Shown here: positions 58,556-64,000 of the stretch, piece by piece
Layout: the number at the start of each line of letters is the position of its first letter
How positions within the stretch are numbered: position 1 is the stretch's first letter
Program-made: the position numbers and the translations under genes
The notes under the pieces: model-generated
The model's database searches: none
Seen by the model: only the letters and a program-made list of their open reading frames with translations
Told to the model about the DNA's origin: nothing
Assembly (NCBI GenBank): GCA_963723005.1
Contig: CAVRPA010000006.1
Coordinates: 10,580-74,579, forward strand
DNA: 64,000 nt
Source: an uncultured Acidobacteriota bacterium
GTDB taxonomy: Bacteria; Acidobacteriota; Vicinamibacteria; Vicinamibacterales; UBA2999
Reading direction: 5' to 3'

Positions 58556-59782
58556 ATGAGATCCCGCACCGTTGCCACCATCGTCTGCGTCGCCGTCGTC
58601 GGGGGGCTGGGCCTCGCGCAAACCTGGCTCGAACGGTCCCTGGCGGCCCAGAGCCGACCCGGCGTGGAAGCGCCACGCTTCGAAGTCGATCCTTTATGGC
58701 CAAAGCCGCTCCCCAATCACTGGGTGCTCGGCAACGCCGTGGGCGTGTGGGTCGACGAGCGGGATCACGTGTGGATCGTCCACCGCGGCTCAGACACCCT
58801 GAACAACAACGAGAAGGGCCTGGAGCTGAAGTCCGCGGAGTTCTGTTGTGCGGGCGCACCGCCGGTGCTCGAGTTCGACGCCGACGGCAACCTGCTCCAG
58901 CATTGGGGTGGTCCCGGCAGCGGCTACGACTGGCCCGATTCGAATCACGGCATCTTCGTCGATCACCTGGGCAACGTCTGGATCGGCGGCAACGGCGCGG
59001 GCGACTCGCACATCGTCAAGTTCACGCGTGACGGCAAGTTTCTCGCGCAGTTCGGCAAGCCGAACGCGCGCATGAGCGGCAAGAGCGCTCAGGGGCAGCC
59101 CACGTTCGCGCGAGGCAGCTCCGATCCCGAGAGCTTCGGCCGGGTGGCCAAGGTGTTCGTCGAGCCGAAGGCCAACGAAGCGTTCATCGCCGACGGCTAC
59201 TTCAACCGTCGCGTCGCGGTGCTCGACGCGACAACGGGGAAGATGAAGCGATTCTGGGGCGCCTACGGCAAGCCGCCCGACGACTCGGTCAACCTGGGAC
59301 CGTACAATCCCAGCGCCCCGCCCGCGCAGCAGTTCCAGAATCCCGTGCACTGCGCGGACGTGTCGAACGACGGGTTCGTTTACGTCTGCGACCGGCTGAA
59401 CGATCGCCTGCAGGTGTTCCGTCAGGACGGCACGTTCGTGAAGGAAGTGTTCCTGGCGAAGAACACGAAGCTGTCGGGCTCGGTGTGGGACGTCGCGTTC
59501 TCTCGTGACCCGCAGCAGCGCCACCTCTTCGTCGCCGACGGCATCAACGATCGCATCTACATTCTTCAACGCGACACGCTGGAGCTGCTCACGAGCTTCG
59601 GCGATGGCGGACGCCAGCCCGGTCAGTTCTACGGCGTGCACAGCATCGCCATCGACTCGAAGGGGAACCTCTACACAACCGAGACGTGGGAGGGCAAGCG
59701 CCTGCAGAAGTTCGTCAACAAGGGCCTCGCGCCAGTGACGACGATGCACCAGGGCACGGTGTGGCCGCGATCAGGCCGCTGA
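58556..59782 (+). CDS. secreted NHL-repeat six-bladed beta-propeller protein (peptidyl-hydroxyglycine-lyase-like fold)
   Basis: ATG at 58556, preceded by AGGGAG. Signal peptide. NHL-like blades (NHGIFVDHLGNVWIGG, FVYVCDRLNDRLQVF, LFVADGINDRIYIL, AIDSKGNLYTTE). Confidence 0.75.
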   Translation: MRSRTVATIVCVAVVGGLGLAQTWLERSLAAQSRPGVEAPRFEVDPLWPKPLPNHWVLGNAVGVWVDERDHVWIVHRGSDTLNNNEKGLELKSAEFCCAGAPPVLEFDADGNLLQHWGGPGSGYDWPDSNHGIFVDHLGNVWIGGNGAGDSHIVKFTRDGKFLAQFGKPNARMSGKSAQGQPTFARGSSDPESFGRVAKVFVEPKANEAFIADGYFNRRVAVLDATTGKMKRFWGAYGKPPDDSVNLGPYNPSAPPAQQFQNPVHCADVSNDGFVYVCDRLNDRLQVFRQDGTFVKEVFLAKNTKLSGSVWDVAFSRDPQQRHLFVADGINDRIYILQRDTLELLTSFGDGGRQPGQFYGVHSIAIDSKGNLYTTETWEGKRLQKFVNKGLAPVTTMHQGTVWPRSGR

Positions 59783-61099
59783 CCGGGTACGGAGGCTGCG
59801 CGTGCCCAGATAAACGATCGACGCCGCGCCGATGAACACCGCAAATCCCAGCCACTCGTCGGCGGTGAGCCCGGTGAGCAGCCACAGGATCACGCCGCAC
59901 GCGAGCCACGGGATCACGCCGGCCAGCGGCGCTCTGAAATGCGCGTGCCGGTGCCGCCGCCCTCGATGCCCATCTGCCTGAGCCGCCACGCCGCGAGCGC
60001 GCAGCCCAGATAGAGGGCGAGCACCGACGCGTTGGCGAGAATGGCCAGCTTCTCGAAGGTACCGGTGATGGCCAGGACCAGGGTGAGCGCCGACTGCGCA
60101 AGGATGGCGGCATGCGGCGAACGGTAGACGGGGTGAACCGCGGCCAGGGCTCGCGGAAGGAAGCCGTCCCGCGCCAGCGCGAAGATCATGCGCGGCATCG
60201 ACAGCGTCATGCCGCCGAGATAGCCGAAGATCGAGATCGAGGCGCCGGTCAGCAGCAACGACGCGGCCGATCCGCCGAGCGAAGCCGCGGCAACATCGGC
60301 CAGCGGCGATACCGTGGCCTGCGCCAGGGCGTCGCCCAGCACGCCCTGCGACACCACCTGCAGCGCGATGTACAGGACCGTCACTCCCACCATGGCCAGC
60401 GCGACGGCGCGAGGCACGGTGCGCGCCGCGTCGCGCACCTCGCCGCTCGGCACCAGCGCCACCTCGATGCCGGCGAACGCGAAGATCAACAGCAGCGACA
60501 TGCGGGCCACGTCGCCGGCCGCCGGCAGCGCCGCCACCTTCAGGTTGCCGGGATCGATGTAGAACGCGCCGCCAATCGCCACCACGAGCAGCGGCAGCAG
60601 CTTGGCAACCGTGGCGACGGTGTTGAGACGGACGCCAAGGGTGACGCCGCGCAGGTTGATCAGCGACCAGAACCCGAACACCACGACGAGGATGGCCGCC
60701 TCCATGCACCGGACCGGACAGCCGCGGCACGAGCTGGCCGATGCTCGACGCCAGCACCGTCGAGATCGCAGCCCCGGCGAACGTCCCCGCGCTCCACAGC
60801 AGCACGCCCGACAGAAATCCGGCGTAGGACCCGAACGCCGTGCCGACGTAGGCGTACGGCCCTCCCGTGAGCGAGACACGGCTGCCCGCGTCGGCAATGC
60901 ACAGCACGATGAGGCCCATCGCGACGGCGCACACCAGATAGGCGAGCGGCGCGGCGGGGCCGAGCGAACCCGCGACGAGGGCGGGCAAACGGAAGATGCC
61001 GCCGCCGATGGTGATGTTGATGATTCCCGCGGCCAGCCCCAGCGTGCCGATGGCACGGATCAGCGATTCGCCCGGCGGCCCTGCCTGCGATCGGGTCAT
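59771..61099 (-). pseudogene. APC-superfamily amino-acid permease, two frameshifts
   Basis: The N-terminal 130 aa and C-terminal 45 aa are in one frame and the central roughly 255 aa in another. Breaks near 60705 and 59940. Confidence 0.75.
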
Positions 61100-61159
61100 G
61101 CCGCGTAGCCTATCCCAGGCTGCTCAATCGCCGGCGCCAGACCTGCTATCGTCTTCCTC

Positions 61160-61780
61160 ATGACCCTCTGGGACATTTCCCCGATCGTGTCGTCCAACAC
61201 GCCAGCGTTCCCAGGCGACACGCTGTACTCGCAGCAGTGGACCGCGCAGATCGGGCCCGGCTGCCCGGTGAACCTGAGCGCCATCACCATGTCGCCGCAC
61301 CTCGGCGCGCATGCGGACGCACCGCTGCACTACGGTCACGGCGAACGCACCATCGGCGAAGTGCCGCTGGAGCCGTTCCTCGGTCCCTGCCGGGTGATTC
61401 ATGCGCTCGACTGCGGACCGCTCGTCCGACCCGAACACCTGGCGCACGCATCGTCGGGCCTGCCGCCACGGGTGCTGGTGCGCACCGCGCTGAAGGCACC
61501 GACGACGTGGTCCGGCGAGTTCTCGGCATTCGCGCCCGAGACCATCGCATGGCTCGCGGATCGCGGCGTTCGTCTGGTAGGGATCGACGCGCAGTCGGTG
61601 GATCCGGCCGACAGCAAGACGCTGGACAGCCACCAGCAACTGCTGGCCCACGACATGCGCGTGCTGGAGAACCTGGTGCTGGACGCGGTGGCGCCCGGCG
61701 ATTACGAACTGATTGCACTCCCGCTCAAGCTGGCTGGCGCCGACGCCTCGCCGGTCCGAGCGGTGCTGAGATCGCTGTGA
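61160..61780 (+). CDS. kynB: kynurenine formamidase (cyclase-family)
   Basis: Intact 206-aa ORF. Motifs [24 protein letters not shown] and the C-terminal ASPVRAVL pattern. Confidence 0.8.
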   Translation: MTLWDISPIVSSNTPAFPGDTLYSQQWTAQIGPGCPVNLSAITMSPHLGAHADAPLHYGHGERTIGEVPLEPFLGPCRVIHALDCGPLVRPEHLAHASSGLPPRVLVRTALKAPTTWSGEFSAFAPETIAWLADRGVRLVGIDAQSVDPADSKTLDSHQQLLAHDMRVLENLVLDAVAPGDYELIALPLKLAGADASPVRAVLRSL

Positions 61781-61782
61781 CG

Positions 61783-63086
61783 ATGACGAGAGATCGCTGC
61801 GTCGCGCTCGATACCGCGGATCCGCTGTCGCCGCTGCGCGCGCAGTTTGCGCTTGCCGGCGTGGATGCCGAGGGCCTCATCTACCTGGACGGGAACTCGC
61901 TGGGCGTCCTGCCGGCCTCGGTGTCCGACCGCATCAGGACGGTGATCGAAGACGAATGGGGCGTGGGCCTGGTAAGAAGCTGGAACACCGCCGGCTGGAT
62001 CACGGCGTCGCAGCGGATTGGCGACAAGATCGCGGGGCTGGTTGGGGCCGGCCCCGGCGAAGTGATCGTGGCCGACTCCACGTCGGCGAATCTCTACAAG
62101 GTGCTGAGTGCCGCGATCGCCGTGGTCAACGCCTCGGCGCCAGGCGTGCTCAGCGCCGGCGCATCGTCTCGGAGCGCACCAACTTCCCCACCGACCTCTA
62201 CATCGCCGATACCCAGGCGCGCGCGCACGGGCTGGAACTGGTGCTGGTGGATGCCGAGGATCTGCCGGCGTACCTCGACGACCGGCTCGCCGTCCTCATG
62301 CTGACCCACGTCAACTATCGAACGGGCCGCATGCACCGGATGGCCGAGGTCACGCGCGCCGCCCACGCCGCCGGCGCCGTGGTGGTCTGGGACCTCGCCC
62401 ACTCGGCCGGCGCTGTGCCGGTCGACCTTTATGGAGGCGTGGCCGCAAGCGACGCGGCGGACTTCGCCGTCGGTTGCGGCTACAAGTACTTGAACGGCGG
62501 ACCGGGCGCTCCCGCCTTCGTGTGGGCCCACCCGCGGCACACCGAGTGGATGGATCGACACGACTGGCGCCAGCCGCTGTCGGGTTGGCTCGGTCACGCC
62601 GCGCCCTTCGCGTTCACGTCGGACTACCGGCCTGCCTCCGGCATCGCCCGATTCGTGTGCGGTACACCGCCGATGTTGTCGCTGGCCTCGCTGGAGTGCG
62701 GCGTCGATACGGTGCTGGCGGCTGAAGGCTACGGCGGCCTCGACGCGCTTCGGCGCAAGTCGATCGCGCTCACCGACCTCTTCATCGAGCTGGTCGAGTT
62801 CCGCTGCGCCGGACAGGATCTGACGCTCGTCACGCCGCGCGACGGCGCCGAGCGCGGCAGCCAGGTGTCGTTCGCGCACGAGACCGGGGGCTACGCCATG
62901 ATGCAGGCGCTCATCGCCCGCGGTGTCATCGGCGACTTCCGCGCGCCCGACATCCTCCGGTTCGGGTTCACGCCGCTCTACACCCGATTCGTAGACGTCT
63001 GGGATGCGGTGGATCGTTTCCAGCAGGCGCTCGAGAGCGGCGAGTGGCGCGATCCGCGGTTCGCGGTGCGAGCGGCGGTGACCTGA
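61783..63086 (+). pseudogene. kynU: kynureninase, one frameshift
   Basis: N-terminus [12 protein letters not shown]. Central and C-terminal motifs [11 protein letters not shown] and [20 protein letters not shown] (PLP-Lys region). Break near 62160. Confidence 0.8.
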
Positions 63087-63089
63087 TCA

Positions 63090-63153
<64 letters not shown>

Positions 63154-63171
63154 AACCCGACCTCGCGAAGC

Positions 63172-64000
63172 GTGAAGTATCCTGAGCCCCGATTGTTGAC
63201 CGCCCACCCGCTCGATCTCGCCGTCGTCGTTCTGTATGCGATGGCGATGCTCGCCTTCGGGCTGTATTTCTACTTCCGGGTCGAGCGCTATTCCGATTAC
63301 TACGACGGCGGCCGCACGTGGGGTGTGTGGATTGTCGGCTGCGCCGTAGCCGCGACCAACATCGGCGCGGGGAACACCATGGGCTCGGTCGCCATGGCCT
63401 ATCGCGACGGCTACTCGGCGGCGTGGTACGTCACGCTGCAGGCGCTGGCTTTCATCCCCTTCGCGTACGTCGCCGTCCACAAGATCCATCCGCTCAAAGA
63501 GACGACGCTCGCGGAGTACCTGGAGTCGCGGTATCAACCGTGGTTGCGGCCGATCTCCGCGGTGGCGCTGGCCCTGGCGACGTTTGCGATCCTGCCCGCG
63601 CAGATTGTTGGCGGCGCTTCGGTCCTGACGGCCCTCATCGGCCTGGACTACACCACCGCGTTCCTCGTCGTCGGCGTGACGCTGATTCTCTATTCCGCGC
63701 TCGGCGGGATGCCGTCGGTGACCTATGGCGACGTCTACCAGTGGGTGCTGATGCTCGGCGGATTCCTGATCGGCGTCCCGATACTGATCAGCGCCGCGGG
63801 CGGCCTGCCGCACGTCATGGCCGGAGTGCCGGCAACCCACGCGTCGTGGTGGAACGGCGCGACCGGCAACTGGAACCCGCCGACCATTGCGGCGTGGCTG
63901 ATCACCGTGGTGATGGCGCGCTTCGGCAGCCAGGAGTGGTACCAGCGGATCCGCGCGTCGAAATCGGTCGAGGCATCGCGGCGGGGATTCATCCTCGGCG
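63172..64000 (+). CDS. sodium:solute symporter family transporter, 3'-truncated by the window edge
   Basis: Open frame running to the window end, not listed in the track. Hydrophobic SSS-like sequence (GGRTWGVWIVGCAVAATNIGAGNTMG...TLAEYLESRY...LGGMPSVTYGDVYQ). The start is uncertain: GTG at 63172, or TTG at 63193 or 63196. Confidence 0.7.
   Translation, partial: MKYPEPRLLTAHPLDLAVVVLYAMAMLAFGLYFYFRVERYSDYYDGGRTWGVWIVGCAVAATNIGAGNTMGSVAMAYRDGYSAAWYVTLQALAFIPFAYVAVHKIHPLKETTLAEYLESRYQPWLRPISAVALALATFAILPAQIVGGASVLTALIGLDYTTAFLVVGVTLILYSALGGMPSVTYGDVYQWVLMLGGFLIGVPILISAAGGLPHVMAGVPATHASWWNGATGNWNPPTIAAWLITVVMARFGSQEWYQRIRASKSVEASRRGFILG

Overview
This is a visibly GC-rich bacterial chromosomal segment (GC not computed). 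Its gene content resembles soil Acidobacteriota-type genomes: two ADOP/MacB-like duplicated permeases, Ser/Thr kinases with a TolB-like beta-propeller or NTF2-like tail, two PQQ dehydrogenases and many amidohydrolases. This taxonomic reading is inference only. I call about 45 protein-coding loci. I saw no rRNA, tRNA, CRISPR array, transposase, phage gene or recognisable defence system. Most long antisense ORFs in the track are GC-driven shadow ORFs. Five observations stand out. (1) An 89-nt element occurs twice (43259-43347 and 46882-46970, minus strand). Its 17-bp stem buries the GTG start codon, with a GGAGG directly 5' of the 3' arm, and the two copies differ by one compensatory base pair. 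It precedes two unrelated genes of one minus-strand cluster and looks like an undescribed cis-regulatory leader; a MITE-like repeat is the alternative. (2) A single 908-aa ORF fuses a SulP/STAS anion permease to a PPK2 polyphosphate kinase through a Lys-rich linker. (3) Five intergenic arrays of 7-8-nt tandem repeats are present, one carrying nine GATC sites in 72 bp. (4) I count at least about 32 reading-frame breaks across 12 genes. They cluster at 15.3-27.1 kb and 52.7-62.2 kb, with none seen in 0-15.2 kb or 32.7-52.7 kb. This is either real gene decay or assembly indel error. (5) A 43-aa membrane ORF absent from the ORF track overlaps the start of a sodium:solute symporter gene. All functional calls rest on motif recognition by eye, not on database searches.
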